A DNA stretch of 64,000 bases from Octopus sinensis (GCF_006345805.1 NC_043003.1:63922001-63986000), one strand, 5' to 3'. Shown: positions 1 through 12,181, counted from the first letter of the stretch. Numbers and translations are program-made. Notes: generated by a model not told the origin, from the sequence alone.

Positions 1-27
1 TTTTGTAACACACATACACGCACACAC

Positions 28-66
<39 letters not shown>

Positions 67-400
67 GCACACACATATATATATACACACACACATATAT
101 ATATATATACACATACATGCAAACGCATATATATACAAACGCACAAATGCATATATATATTATATATATAATAAAGTTATAATATGTATGTGTGTGCGTG
201 TATATATATATATATATTATATATGTGTGTGCGTGTGTATACAGATATATATATATATATGTATATATATATAGATATATATATATATATACACATACAC
301 ACACGCGCACACACATACATATGCATATATATATACATTGCAAGTAGACAGACAGAAAGAGTCACACATGAATGCACAGACACACTCACACACACACAGA
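1..400. repeat. Compound (TA)n/(CA)n/(TG)n microsatellite
   Basis: Dinucleotide runs are directly visible and explain the YIYI/HTHT ORFs. Confidence 0.95.
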
Positions 401-586
401 TGAGCACACAGAACCCCGAGCGTGTGTTTCACGTCCATAAAGTGATGTAAATGCAATCAGCTTAACACTGCTCAACCCTCTTCAACAGCCTTTAGTCTCC
501 AAAATGGCTCAATTGGGGATATAAATTGTATCGAAGGCTCCGCCCATACAGAAGCTTACCAGCAATCTGAAGCGCGGGCTTTTAAT

Positions 587-707
587 GTGCGTGTGCGTGC
601 ATGTGCGTGTGCGTGCATGTGCGTGTGCGTGCATGTGCGTGTGCGTGCATGTGCGTGTGCGTGCATGTGCGTGTGCGTGCATGTGCGTGTGCGTGCATGT
701 GCGTGCA
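587..707. repeat. 16-bp minisatellite (GTGCGTGCATGTGCGT) x about 7.5
   Basis: Near-perfect tandem unit read directly. Confidence 0.9.
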
Positions 708-1036
708 CGCGCGTGTGTGTATGTGTATGCAAGCGTGTGTATCTGTGCACTTGATTGTCTGTCTGTCTGTCTCTCTCGCCCTTTCTCTATCTCTCTCTCT
801 TTTCTCTGTCTCTCTCCTCATCTCTCTCAACCCCCTCTGTCTGTGTATATATATGCGCGCGCGTGTGTATATATTGTGTATATATATATATAAATATATC
901 TGTGTGTTTGTGCGTGTGTATGTATATATATATATGTACACACACACATATACACACACAGATCCTTGTAAATGCATACATACACTATCACTACATATAT
1001 ACATCATCATCATCAGCAGCAGCAGCAGTAGTAGTA

Positions 1037-1072
<36 letters not shown>

Positions 1073-1178
1073 AAGATATATTTTTGTAGTTTTGTCTTTG
1101 AAAAGAGGTTGCAGTCCCCGCAGTCAATCATTCCCTTTGTGGTCTTGTACGATACTTCTCACATCGCAATGCAGCCGG

Positions 1179-1236
<58 letters not shown>

Positions 1237-1545
1237 AGAAAGACAAACGAAGAGAAGGAATCCCACACCAGTACTTGACCTTACTCTTGCAGAAGGTCGA
1301 TTTAGCGTGATCTGATCGACCTTCTGTAACTCAAATTAGTCTGAGTAGAAAGAGGTTAAACCTGAACTGCCGAGTGCAGACAGCAAGAACAAATACCGCT
1401 AGCTAATCCATTCGATACATATTGTATTACTTACACACACACACACATAAACACATATATACATAGATACATACATACATATATATATGTATGTATCTAT
1501 GTATAATGGTTTATGTGTGTGTGTGTGTAAGTAATACAATATGTA

Positions 1546-1581
<36 letters not shown>

Positions 1582-1629
1582 TGTATGTATATATATAATA
1601 TATATATATAGATATATCTATATACATAC

Positions 1630-1684
<55 letters not shown>

Positions 1685-1929
1685 AATATGCATGTATATG
1701 TATGTGTGTATGTATATATATATATATATACTGTATATGTATGCATGTATGTATATATTTTCATGCTCACTTTGCCTCCTCTTTCACTTCACTGTATGAC
1801 TTTCATTTTTTTCTCGCCCATCCTTAATTCTTCTATCCCTCTACCATCCATGCAACATCTATATTCCTCCCTGTGCCTATCAAATCTTATGTCCCTGTCG
1901 TAAGGCTTTACTTCCACACACGCTAGCTT

Positions 1930-2110
1930 AATTTAATTCGTCCTTAGTCGAAAGACACCTGTTGTTTTGTCCTGTTATTTGCATTTGTATTTGTGTACCA
2001 TTTCTCCGTTTTTTTCCGTCCTTGTTTTCGTATACATTCGCTACTTTCTTCCAAGGAATCTAATGCTCTTAGCTTTTTTTTTCCTTGCTGCTGGCCAGAT
2101 TGGAGCAATG
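1930..2110 (+). mobile_element. Degenerate repeat fragment, possibly a Penelope-like terminus; related to 46060-46220
   Basis: CTGGCCAGATTGGAGCAAT matches the reverse complement of the 46.1-kb copy (CTGGCCATATCGGAGCAAT). Class assignment is inference. Confidence 0.3.
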
Positions 2111-3096
2111 CACATATGTCTGTGTATTCGTATGACGGGCTTCCATAGAGTTTCCGTTCATGAAATCCACCTCGAATTTTCAAAATCAAGTTTTTTTTCT
2201 AAAATTTCTGAGACAAGTAACGAATGCGTTTATCCATAATTTTATCAAACTAGCTGAGAAATACATTGCGGAGATATAGACGAGTACGACCGCTGAGACA
2301 CCGTTGATAGCTCGGTATGTAACTTACATTGCTTTATAAATCGAAATATATTTTCTCAACATTTTATTACACCGTATTGCATATGCATTTAATACTTTTG
2401 AGGTTTATACACTACGCCTTATACAATGTGTGTGTGAGTGTATGTGTGTGTATTTTACGAGAGTTACTTGCTAAGCTCTCGTACAACTTTCGCTGTTATG
2501 TGTAAACGTACTACGATCGAACGAATTATACAATTAAGCGTCAAATGTGTTGTTAGGAATTTCTGTAACGACCTGAGGACCACAGCTGCACATCCTTCAT
2601 CTTTTTCACCTTTCTTCTTCTTATAAATTCCTCGACTTTGTGTTTACATATTTGTTCCGGATTAGAGAAGCTTAGCAAAGCCAAAGGAATGAGGTCAGTT
2701 ATATAAATGTATTTATAATGTACCACCTAAAGACGAGGCTTTATCTAATGCAAACACGCCCTTCCTAATACAGGTAGTGAACTCTCTTCCCCACACAAAC
2801 GCCTTTATTTACATATTACCCCTTTATCTGTCCGGTATATATCATATGTGGTACACAGAACTCTTTTCTCAGACGGCCATATATCATAAATCAAATATCA
2901 TATATGATACGCGTTCCCAGTTTCTTTCAACCACAACGACACTCTGGACTTGATGAAGGGAGAGTGTTATATTACACAAAATTTTTGAAACAAGGGATAA
3001 CTAAAAATCTGAGAAGAAGCATAGACGTTCAGGACAAGCTTATGTAAACGCTTTTGGAGAGGCGAAGGGGTAACATCAGTCACTATTGAATTAAAT

Positions 3097-3505
3097 AGGC
3101 GGTGAACAGGCAGAAGCTTTATTACGCAGGCAAAATGTTTAGCGGTATTTCGTCCGTCTTTCCGTTCTGAGTTCAAATTCCGCTGAGGTCGACTTTGCCT
3201 TTCATCCTTCCGGGGTCGATAAAATAAGTACCAGTTACGCACTGGGGTCGAAAAATTCGACTTAATCCGTTTGTCTGTCCTTGTCTGTCCTTGTTTGTCC
3301 TCTCTGTGTTTAGCCCCTTGTGGGTAGTAAAGAAATAGGTATTTCATCCTTCTTTACGTTTTGAGTTCAAATTCCGCTGAGGTCGACTACGCTCTTCATC
3401 CTTTCGAGGGTCGACAAATTAAGTAAAAGATGAACACATGAGTCGATATAATCTACACAAATTCTCCCCCACCCACGATATTGCTGACATTGCGCCAAAA
3501 TTGAA
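3097..3505 (+). mobile_element. SINE-B, dimeric tRNA-derived SINE
   Basis: Head GGCGGTGAACAGGCAGAA, B-box-like GAGTTCAAATTCC, body CTTTCATCCTTCCGGGGTCGATAAAATAAGTACCAG, tail 1, then a second unit restarting at GGTATTTC. Confidence 0.8.
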
Positions 3506-3613
3506 GCCAGAATTAAATTAAATATTATGGTCAACTGACACGTAACTGATGATTTGATGTGACACTTGTTCACTTGGAAATGTCTTGAAACGTTCAGAAT
3601 TTGTATAGTCAAA

Positions 3614-4015
3614 AGCGGCGAGCTGGCAGAAGCGTTAGCACGCCGGGCGAAATGCGTAGCCGTATTTTGTCTGCCGTTACGTTGTGAGTTCAAATTCCGC
3701 CGAGGTCGACTTTACCTTTCATCCTTTCGGGGTCGATAAATTAAGTACCAGTTACGCACTGGGGTCGATGTAATCGACTTAATACCTATGTCTGTCTTTG
3801 TTTGTCCCCTCTGTGTTTAGCCCCTTGTGGGTAATAAAGAAATAGGTATTTCGTCTGTCTTTACATTCTGAGTTCAAATTCCGACTAAGTCGACTTTGCC
3901 TTTCACCCTTTCGGGGTCGATAAATTAAGTACCAGTTGGTACTGGAGTCGATCTAATCGAGTGGCCTCCTTCCCCAAAATTTCTGACCTTGTGCCTAGAG
4001 TGGGAAAGAATTAGA
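3614..4015 (+). mobile_element. SINE-B, dimeric
   Basis: Same head-body-tail1-body-tail2 layout as 3097-3505. Confidence 0.85.
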
Positions 4016-4049
4016 ATAGTCAACATAATATGTCGTCCGGTTTAATAAG

Positions 4050-4285
4050 CTGGTGGTTAGTGTGTTGCACTCACAATAGTATGATCACAGTTTCGATTGC
4101 AGGAACGGGCGATGTGTTGTGTTCTTGAGCAAGACACTTCATTTTACGTTGCTCCTGTCCACTCAGCTATGAGTAACTCTGCAAGGGACTGGCAACCCGT
4201 TTAGATTGGATGTAGGGATCTCGGCTACTTATACGCCATGGAAACCTGGTAAACGGTCTCAGTCCTAAGACTCGAGACAGTAATG
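4050..4285 (+). mobile_element. Modular tRNA-SINE, head type II + tail type 2 (degenerate)
   Basis: TGTTCTTGAGCAAGACACTT...GTCCACTCAGCT head joined to GACTGGCAACCCGT...TACGCCATGGAAACC tail. Confidence 0.6.
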
Positions 4286-4599
4286 TCCAGAGCTATCTTT
4301 AATTTTCCTCTTTTTTAAATACCTTTTAACATCATTACCTGGTCCATGGATGCATTTAGCAAAACTTTCTGTTGCAAAAACTTGGACCAAATCTTAAGAC
4401 TGAACAAAGCTAACTCACTTGACTCGCAACTTTCAGAGATCATAATAAAAGCTGTAGGGGCGGCCCTTTCTCGTTTGAATAAGTATTCAGAACATTACGC
4501 CGGACGGTTCTTCCCTTTGCCTAATGATTTGCACACCTGCTCTAAAAGCTCAAGGCGATTCCAAAGTTGAGATTATACACACACACACACGTATGTATG

Positions 4600-4638
<39 letters not shown>

Positions 4639-5246
4639 TATATAAAGAGAGAGAGGAGGGAGAATGGTTTCAGATGCTTTTCTCTCTAAAGCTGGCGCAT
4701 ATATTGTTTTTGAAATGATTGAACATCAATACTGAAAAGTTATGTTTTACAAAGATAGAGCAACATTGATTGATTGGCCCAATACAATTCCATTCTGTTA
4801 GCAGAACCATTAAATATACATACATACATACATACATACATACATGTAAATGTATGTGCATATATAAACGTCTATATGTATATATATATTTGTGTGTGTG
4901 TATATATATATGTGTGTGTGCGTGTGTGTGTGCAGATGTATATGTATGTGTGTGTGTGTGTGTGAATGAGCAAAACTTTCCCCAAACCCAACTTTTTATC
5001 AATCTAAATTATTGTTTCCTTCGCCAGAAAAAAATCCTTATCTTTTAATTAGTAAGTAGCTGTTGGCTTGTCAAACAAAAACATAAACACACGCGCACGC
5101 GCAGACACGTACCCCACATCACACGAACACATACACATCCGGACATATACACATACATACACATATGCACATACATGCACATATACATACATATACGTGT
5201 AATGTGTATATATATATATATATCAATATGTATGCATAAATTTATA

Positions 5247-5300
<54 letters not shown>

Positions 5301-5827
5301 TATGTATGCATAAATTTATATATGTATATATATATATATATATATTATATTATTATATAGTATGTATGTATGTATGTATGTATGATGTATATACACACGC
5401 ATATAATTTTTCTGCGCATGATGTGAAGAAAAATATTCTTTACGAAAATATGATGGAAGAAGAATTTAAGGAAATTTAATTTTCACCAAAGAAGAATTGC
5501 TTGCTTGCTAAAATGTGTGATAAATCGTTAACACGTTGGAAGAAAACCAAATAAAATTATTTTTAAAAATCGTTGAGTACAAATACACACACATATACAC
5601 ACATAATACACACCCTACAAAATACATACGCACATATATAGAAACACATCCATATATATACGCATACAAATACGTATACATGCACATATCTATGTATACA
5701 TATATATATAGTGTGTGTGTGTGTGTGCATATATATTTATATGCCCATATATATACTATTGTGTGCTTCTAGCTATCTTTCACTATATATGTATATATGT
5801 GCGTATGTGTATGTATGTACGTATATA

Positions 5828-6057
5828 CATTCTGTTCAAAAAGTCTCTCCGCAGTGAATTATTTCCATACTGCGCATCACCATGGCGCTACTCCAAAAGT
5901 TTTTCGGGTAATGGATTATTTCGAAGGCAATTTGGCTACTAGAATCCCCTGATTTAACACCACCAGACTTTTTATAAACCGGGGAGCAATTAAAGGATCA
6001 GTGTACAAGCATCGCCCGAAAACCATTAATTACTTACTGCGTAGAGACTTTTTGAAC

Positions 6058-6062
<5 letters not shown>
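5828..6062 (+). mobile_element. Tc1/mariner internally deleted element (MITE-like)
   Basis: TIRs TGTTCAAAAAGTCTCTCCGCAGT / ACTGCGTAGAGACTTTTTGAACA with TA flanks. The interior encodes WLLESPDLTPPDFL, matching the Tc1/mariner SPDL motif. Confidence 0.85.
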
Positions 6063-6101
<39 letters not shown>

Positions 6102-6254
6102 GTTTGTGTGTGTGTGTGTGTGTATATACTCATTGGATATTAATAAAATATTGCCATTTATTGGTATTGGGTCATTTGATTCGAAGCAATTTCAATTTAC
6201 TTATTAATTCATCAAAAAACCTTTTCAGTTACTTATCATCAATGGTCACAAATC

Positions 6255-6570
6255 TAATGCAATGTTACAACGCTGTATCATGTCACTGCATTACACCGTA
6301 TTACGTCACTCTATAACATTGCATTACGTCACTCCATCACGCAGTATTAAGGCACCGTATCATATCGTATTACTGCTCTGTATCAGGTCGTGTTACGTTA
6401 GTGTATCACATTATATTACGTCACCGTATCAGACTATATTAGACCACTGTATCACATCTGTTGTCTTTATATAAGACTATGTGACAAATCGTATAATACA
6501 TCAGTGTATTACGCTGTATTACGTCATTCTTCCACGTTGTATTACATTACAGTATCACTACGTATTACAT
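6255..6570. repeat. Cryptic degenerate repeat built from GTATT/ACGTC/ACTGT-like short units
   Basis: Recurrent GTATTACGTCAC and GTATCAC motifs, no clean long period. Confidence 0.6.
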
Positions 6571-7329
6571 GTTTCGGGTTTTGCTTCTGGTTCCAATCTA
6601 GTTTTGTCAAGGATCCATTAATCAAAAGATTCTTTTAATCTTTCGTTTTTGGATTTGGTTTGCAAGATTCCTTATATGGGTTCGTGTGTTGAAGAATATT
6701 CTGTTTGTCTGGGGAGAGTCATTTTCTTTTTCCACTTATTTCTTATTTTATTTTCTAAAATTTTCGTTGCGTCTTGCAACCTTTTCAATAGTCTTGACTT
6801 CTTTTAATCTATTATACACTTTTATATTCCATCGACTATTTTCTTCCCCCCGCTTCATACCTCCTGACAATTGGTATTCGTTTGTGGTTCGGCACAAGAA
6901 ACCGAAAGAATAAGTACCAGATTTGAAAAAGTCAATAAGCACTGGAATCGATTTGTTCCACTAAAACCTCCAAGACAAAGATCTTGTACTAAATTCTCCA
7001 TTATGTAGATATCGAAGCAAAGGCGGCGTAATTCAACAGAAATAATAATTCGACAAAAAGGCTACTTTTTTCATCTTTTACTTGTTTCATATTAATGACC
7101 TGCAGGAACGCCGTATTTTGTTATGCAGTAACAAAATATGTTAACCGCTTTTACAAGTCAACACTGCGTTCTACTGTGTTAGCAGTGCTCTTAAACCATT
7201 TGTTTAAGTTATTCCCACATATCTTCTATAGCAATTTTGTTGCGACGTTTCGTACCCAAGTACATCTAATGTAAACAACGCTGAGAGGTTAGATGAAAAC
7301 GGGTATTGGGTGGATATCTCTTTCTCTTT

Positions 7330-7727
7330 TTCTCTCTTACTTGTTTCAGGCATTTGACTGTGGCCATACTGGAGCACCGCCTTTTAGTCGAGCAAATCGA
7401 CTCCAGGACTTATTCTTTGGAAGCGTAGTACTTATTCTATCGGTCTCTTTTGCCGAACTGCTAGGTTACCGGGACGTAAACACATTAGCATCGGTTGTGA
7501 AGCGATGTTGGGGGGGGGACAAACACAGGCACACAAATATATACACAGACATACATAAATATATACATATATACGACGGGCTTCTTTCAGTTTCCGTCTA
7601 ACAAATCCACTCACAAGGCTTTGGTCGGCCCGAGGCTATAGTAGAAGAAACATGCCCAAGGTGCCACGCAGTGGGAATGAACTCGGAACCATGTAGTTGG
7701 TAAGCAAGCTACTTACCACACAGCCAC
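7330..7727 (-). mobile_element. SINE-A full length (tRNA head + CORE-like CCTTGGGCA + internal microsatellite + LINE-like tail)
   Basis: Reverse complement begins GTGGCTGTGTGGTAAGTAGC and ends with the conserved tail ...CAGTCAAATGCCTGAAACAAGTAAGAG. About 20 copies in the window. Confidence 0.9.
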
Positions 7728-7857
7728 AAAAAAATCTGTAGAGATAACCTTACTTGTTTCAGTTACTCGACTGCAGCCATGGTGGGGCACCGCTTTGAAA
7801 CGATTTAGTCAAACAATTCGACCCACGTGCTTATTTCTTTGAAGTCTGGTACCTCTA

Positions 7858-7898
<41 letters not shown>

Positions 7899-8008
7899 AT
7901 GTGTGTGTGCGTGTATGTTTTTCACCACCGCTTGACAATAGTTGTTTATTTAACTTTATTTACATTGTTTAGATTCGACGGATATTTGTCTTCATTTTGT
8001 TTGTTGTT

Positions 8009-8054
8009 AACACAACGTTTCGGCTGATATACCCTCCAGCCTTCATCAGGTGTC
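8009..8054 (-). ncRNA. Minimal type-I hammerhead ribozyme fold
   Basis: GACAC-CUGAUGA-A-GGCUG(GAGGGUAUAU)CAGCC-GAA-ACGU-U-GUGUU. Intact core, 5-bp stems I and II, palindromic ACGU at stem III. Confidence 0.7.
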
Positions 8055-8170
8055 TTAGGGAAAATTCGAACCTAGGTTCTCATTCCTAAGGTATGAGGGT
8101 TCATTCCTTAAGGTTCTCATTCCAAAGGTATTACCTTAGGAATGAGAACCCAGGTTCGAAATTTCCCTAA

Positions 8171-8216
8171 GACACCTGAAGAAGGCTGGAGGGTATATCA
8201 GCCGAAACGTTGTGTT
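8171..8216 (+). ncRNA. Minimal type-I hammerhead ribozyme fold
   Basis: Same fold with CUGAAGA (only N7 differs). Confidence 0.7.
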
Positions 8217-8319
8217 AACAACAAACAAAAGGAGGACAAATATCCGTCGAATGTAAATAATGTAAATAATGTACATAATTCCTCATCTCTTAAATATAGA
8301 ACTGTTTACTTAACTGTTA

Positions 8320-8445
8320 GAAAGAAACCGATAGAATAAGTGTCTGACTTTAAGAAGAAAGTCCTGGGATCGATTTGTTCCACTAAACCCTGCAAGGTGT
8401 CCCAGTATGGTCGCAATCCAATGACTGAAACAAGTAAAGGATAAA
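8320..8445 (+). mobile_element. SINE-A 3' fragment
   Basis: ACCGATAGAATAAG...CAATCCAATGACTGAAACAAGTAAAGG. Confidence 0.75.
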
Positions 8446-8470
8446 AACTTGAAAAATGATTTACAGAATA

Positions 8471-8862
8471 TCTTTATATATAAAAATCAAGTTGTGTGTC
8501 TGTCTCCTACGATTTAGATTCCTAACTACTCCCACATTTTGCGGTGCAGTTTAACCAAAACCGGGTATCTTATAGTCGTGATTCATATCGAGCCCTTCTG
8601 AGTATTAGCGCGCGTCTACGATGAGTCTACGATTTAAAAAAAATTACCATAATTTTTTTCCATTTTAATGCATTTTTTCGCTATTATATAAGGGAAGTAA
8701 CTCTCTAAAAATGTCTACGATGAGTTAACGACTTTTAAAAAAATTTACCATCATTTGTTTTCATTTTTAATGCATTTTTTGCTATTTTTTGGCTATAACT
8801 CTAAAAATGCTTATATAGTTATTTCCCTTACAAACCCGAGCAACGCCGGGCGATACTGCTAG
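8471..8862 (+). mobile_element. Non-autonomous Helitron
   Basis: Starts TC after A, ends CTAG before T, subterminal hairpin CCCGAGCAACGCCGGG, internal imperfect tandem duplication (GTCTACGATGAGT... twice). Confidence 0.8.
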
Positions 8863-9434
8863 TAATATATAAGAGAATTCATCTAAATATTTGTCATTTC
8901 TAAAGAGAAAGTTTAAGATTCAGATAAACTTTCCGCTGATAATTCCAGTAAGTTGATGAAGAAAAACCAGCTTGAGGTTTGAATAATATGACAGAATTGT
9001 GCAAGACGAACATTTTGGATTTCTTATTAACGATAGAAATCTTCATTCTGCGAACGCTCCTGTAGGCTAGGTGAGAATTTATAAATTCGAAGTGACATTA
9101 ATCAAGGTGACTAATTAATAGGCTGAAAGATACTTTTCTGAAAATGACACGTACCTGATATTTTTGATTGCTTTGGTGTTGTATTTAACTTCTCGTGACG
9201 TAGACATCTGGCGGGCTTGCCAAGTTTCCTAATGATACTACGGCAGCCAATCAACTTATTGATAATGTTAATGAAATACTGATAAATGCTGATAAAAACT
9301 GTAAGAAGAGTGGAAGATTTTTAAAAATAGAGAAACTACAGTCGATGTCCAATGACTGGGCCTTATTTTCTCAAACTCCTCTACCTTATTAAATATTTTC
9401 ATGAAGGAAATAATCATTTTTTTTTCTTTTATCC

Positions 9435-9644
9435 TTTTGTTCTTTTATTTCTTTCAATCATTTGACTGCGGCCATGCTGGAGCACCCTCTTTAGTCGAAC
9501 AAATCGACCCCGGGACTTATCCTTTGTAAGCCTAGTACTTATTCTATCGGTGTCTTTTGCCGAACCGCTAAGTTACGGGGACGTAAAGACACCAGCATCG
9601 GTTGTCAAACGATGGTGGGAGGGACAAACACAGACACGCAAACA

Positions 9645-9690
<46 letters not shown>

Positions 9691-9754
9691 ACACACACAC
9701 ACACACAACACACACACACACACACACACACCACACACACATACACACACACAT

Positions 9755-9793
<39 letters not shown>

Positions 9794-9805
9794 CGATGGG
9801 CTTCC
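9435..9805 (-). mobile_element. SINE-A 3' half with expanded (CA)n
   Basis: Tail and body match the family, and the match ends just past the microsatellite. Confidence 0.85.
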
Positions 9806-10118
9806 GTGGTTAAGAGGCTCGTTTTCTAACTCAGTACTTTCGGGTTCAGACCCACTGTGCGTACCTGGAGCAAGTATCCTCTGCTATTTACCGGGCCGAC
9901 CAATACATTGAGAGTGCATCTAGCATGCAGAAACTCTGTTGAAACCTGTCGTATGTATATTGGTGTTGGTTTGTTTACGCCATCTAACTTAGTGGTTCGG
10001 CAAAAAGAAACTGAGGGAATATGTACCAGACTTAGAAATCAGTACCGGAGTCGATTAGTTCAATCAAACCAATGCGTTGCTCCAGCATGGTCACAGTTCA
10101 GTGACTGAAACAATTAAA
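9804..10118 (+). mobile_element. SINE-A, degenerate
   Basis: GGGTTCAGACCCACTG...TCCAGCATGGTCACAG...GACTGAAACAA. Confidence 0.7.
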
Positions 10119-10646
10119 AATACAACAGATGTTCCTTAGCTAGAACGATTCTTTCGGAAAAGTGAAAACATTGGCAGCAGAAGCTTATCACAATAATGGC
10201 GTCAGTATTAATTAAAAAAAAGGCCATTGCCGAGGGCAGCGAATTGGTGGACTCGTTAAAGCGTCGGTTTGAGTACTTGAATGTGTTGTAAGCGTTTATT
10301 CTGGGCTTCTGCGTTACGAGTTCAAATGTCACCGAAATCAAATTTACCTTTCGCAGTTCGATAAATAATGCATTTTTATTTCAAAATTTATGAACTTTTT
10401 TTGTTATATTTCCTCAATCAACGTAATTAAATTTTTCCTTAGTCCCTACTCATTCAGGGTGTAAACTGTTTCGTGTGTGGTGCTTTTGTGATTTAATGTT
10501 TTCTTTTTTTTTTTTACTAATCCATCCGAAAGAGGTTACTTTGCTATAATGGCGGTCTTGGCTCTCTGGATTGCTAAATTGCCGAACGAGATGTCAATTG
10601 CGATATCTATTTCGGCTTTTTGTAATCGGAGGACGACGTCCTTGAA

Positions 10647-11059
10647 GGTGATGAGCTGGCAGAAACGTTAGCACGCCGAACAAAAGGCTTAGCAGTGTTT
10701 CGTCTGCCGCTACGTTCTGAGTTCAAATTCCGCCGAGCTCGACTTTGCCTTTCATCCTTTCGGGGTTGATTAAATAAGTACCAGTTACGCACTGGGGTCG
10801 ATCTAATCGACTTAATCCGTTTGTCTGTCTTTGTTTGTTCCCTCAGAATGCAGCCCCTTGTGGGTAGTAAAGAAATAAGAATCGTTAGCACGCCAAACAA
10901 AATGTTCACATTCTGAATTCAAATTGCGCCGAGGCCAAAGCTGCATTTCATTCTTTCGGGATCGATAAAAGAAGTACCAGTTCTGCACTGGGGTCGATAT
11001 AATCGACTCATTTCCTCCCCCGAACTTGCTGGCCAGGTACCAAAATTTTGGAATCAATA
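10647..11059 (+). mobile_element. SINE-B, dimeric
   Basis: Two units, the second restarting at GAATCGTTAGCACG. Confidence 0.8.
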
Positions 11060-11243
11060 TTTCTCATCCCTGTCATTTTATTATTATTTTTTTTTTTTGT
11101 CAAACATCGCTGACAAGGAGACGAGATGCTTGCATGCATGAGTAACAGTAAACCTTCCTCAGAAATTCTTTGCTAAGTTCTACATATCGGAGAGGATTTT
11201 CCTGGGTATCTATCTTGCAGAATTTATTCCAGCCCGTGTTCTA

Positions 11244-11816
11244 TTAGGTTGTCCGGAAAGTTCGTGCCGATTTTTAAAGGAAAGGAAAAGGTCAGTAAAT
11301 ACTTACCATTACCCAAGCTTTACCAGGTGTTCATGAACGACGGATTTTTATAGGTTGAGGCTTTCTGCCAATTCTCGCTTGTGCATTGTGGGTTATTCTC
11401 AATTAATGATTTGATTCTGTCATCATCTTTAGTGGATGATTTGCCTGATCACTGTTTATCAATAAGGCTACAATCTCCAGCTCGGAACCTTGCGAACCAC
11501 TTCCGTACATTTCTTTCGGATAAAGAAACATCACCGTAAACTGCGCATATTTCTTTGGTTGCTTGTGAAGCATTTTTCCCTTTACGGAAAAAGAAAAGCA
11601 TCAAGTGCCGAAAATGAACTTTCTTATCTTCCATTTTAAAGGGATACAGAATAAACACAGATTATAGGAACATAAACCTTCTTCCACGAAAAGATAGCTT
11701 AAACTGTGCTCTAAATGGAGGTGTGGTCAAATCCTATTTTATGGACTCGAACATGTTCTAAAATAAGTCGAAGGATAAGCTACTATAAATAGGCACGAAC
11801 TTTCCGGACAACCCAA
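11244..11816 (-). mobile_element. Mariner transposon, internally deleted (573 bp)
   Basis: TIRs TTAGGTTGTCCGGAAAGTTCGTGCC / GGCACGAACTTTCCGGACAACCCAA with TA TSD. N-terminal transposase MEDKKVHFRHLMLFFFRKGKNASQATKEICAVYG...VRKWFARFRAGD (11449-11634), catalytic DDD region absent. Confidence 0.92.
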
Positions 11817-11911
11817 TATATTCAAAACCCAGCCTAGTGAAGTGACTTCTTTCGGATGGATCAACAAAGAAATATTAACCGTTGAGGATTCCGATTGATC
11901 TGTTGAACGTA

Positions 11912-12129
11912 ATTCTTTTATTCTTTTATTCCTTTATTTGTTTCAGTCGTTTGACTGCTGCCATGCTGGAGCACCGCATTTAGTCGAACAAATCGCTTCC
12001 AGGACTTATTTTTTGTAAGCCTAGTGCTTATTCTTATCGGTGTTTTTTGCCAAACCGCTAAGTTACGGGGACGTAAAGACACCAACATCGGTTGTCAAGC
12101 GATGTTGGGGGACAAACACAGACACACAA

Positions 12130-12180
<51 letters not shown>
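11912..12180 (-). mobile_element. SINE-A 3' half ending in (CA)n
   Basis: Family tail and body, truncated at the internal microsatellite. Confidence 0.85.

Positions 12181-12181
<1 letters not shown>

Larger units (their letters stand above)
7956..8269. mobile_element. Penelope-like terminal repeat (pLTR-like) in inverted duplication
   Basis: About 138-bp near-identical inverted arms (7956-8093, 8132-8269) carrying the CTGA(T/A)GAAGGCTG...CAGCCGAAACGT motif typical of Penelope-like ends. Confidence 0.75.

Noticed and set aside
1290-1326. 12-bp perfect hairpin CAGAAGGTCGAT / ATCGACCTTCTG
   Set aside because: It lies in what appears to be a degenerate minus-strand SINE-B and is too short to call an RNA gene.
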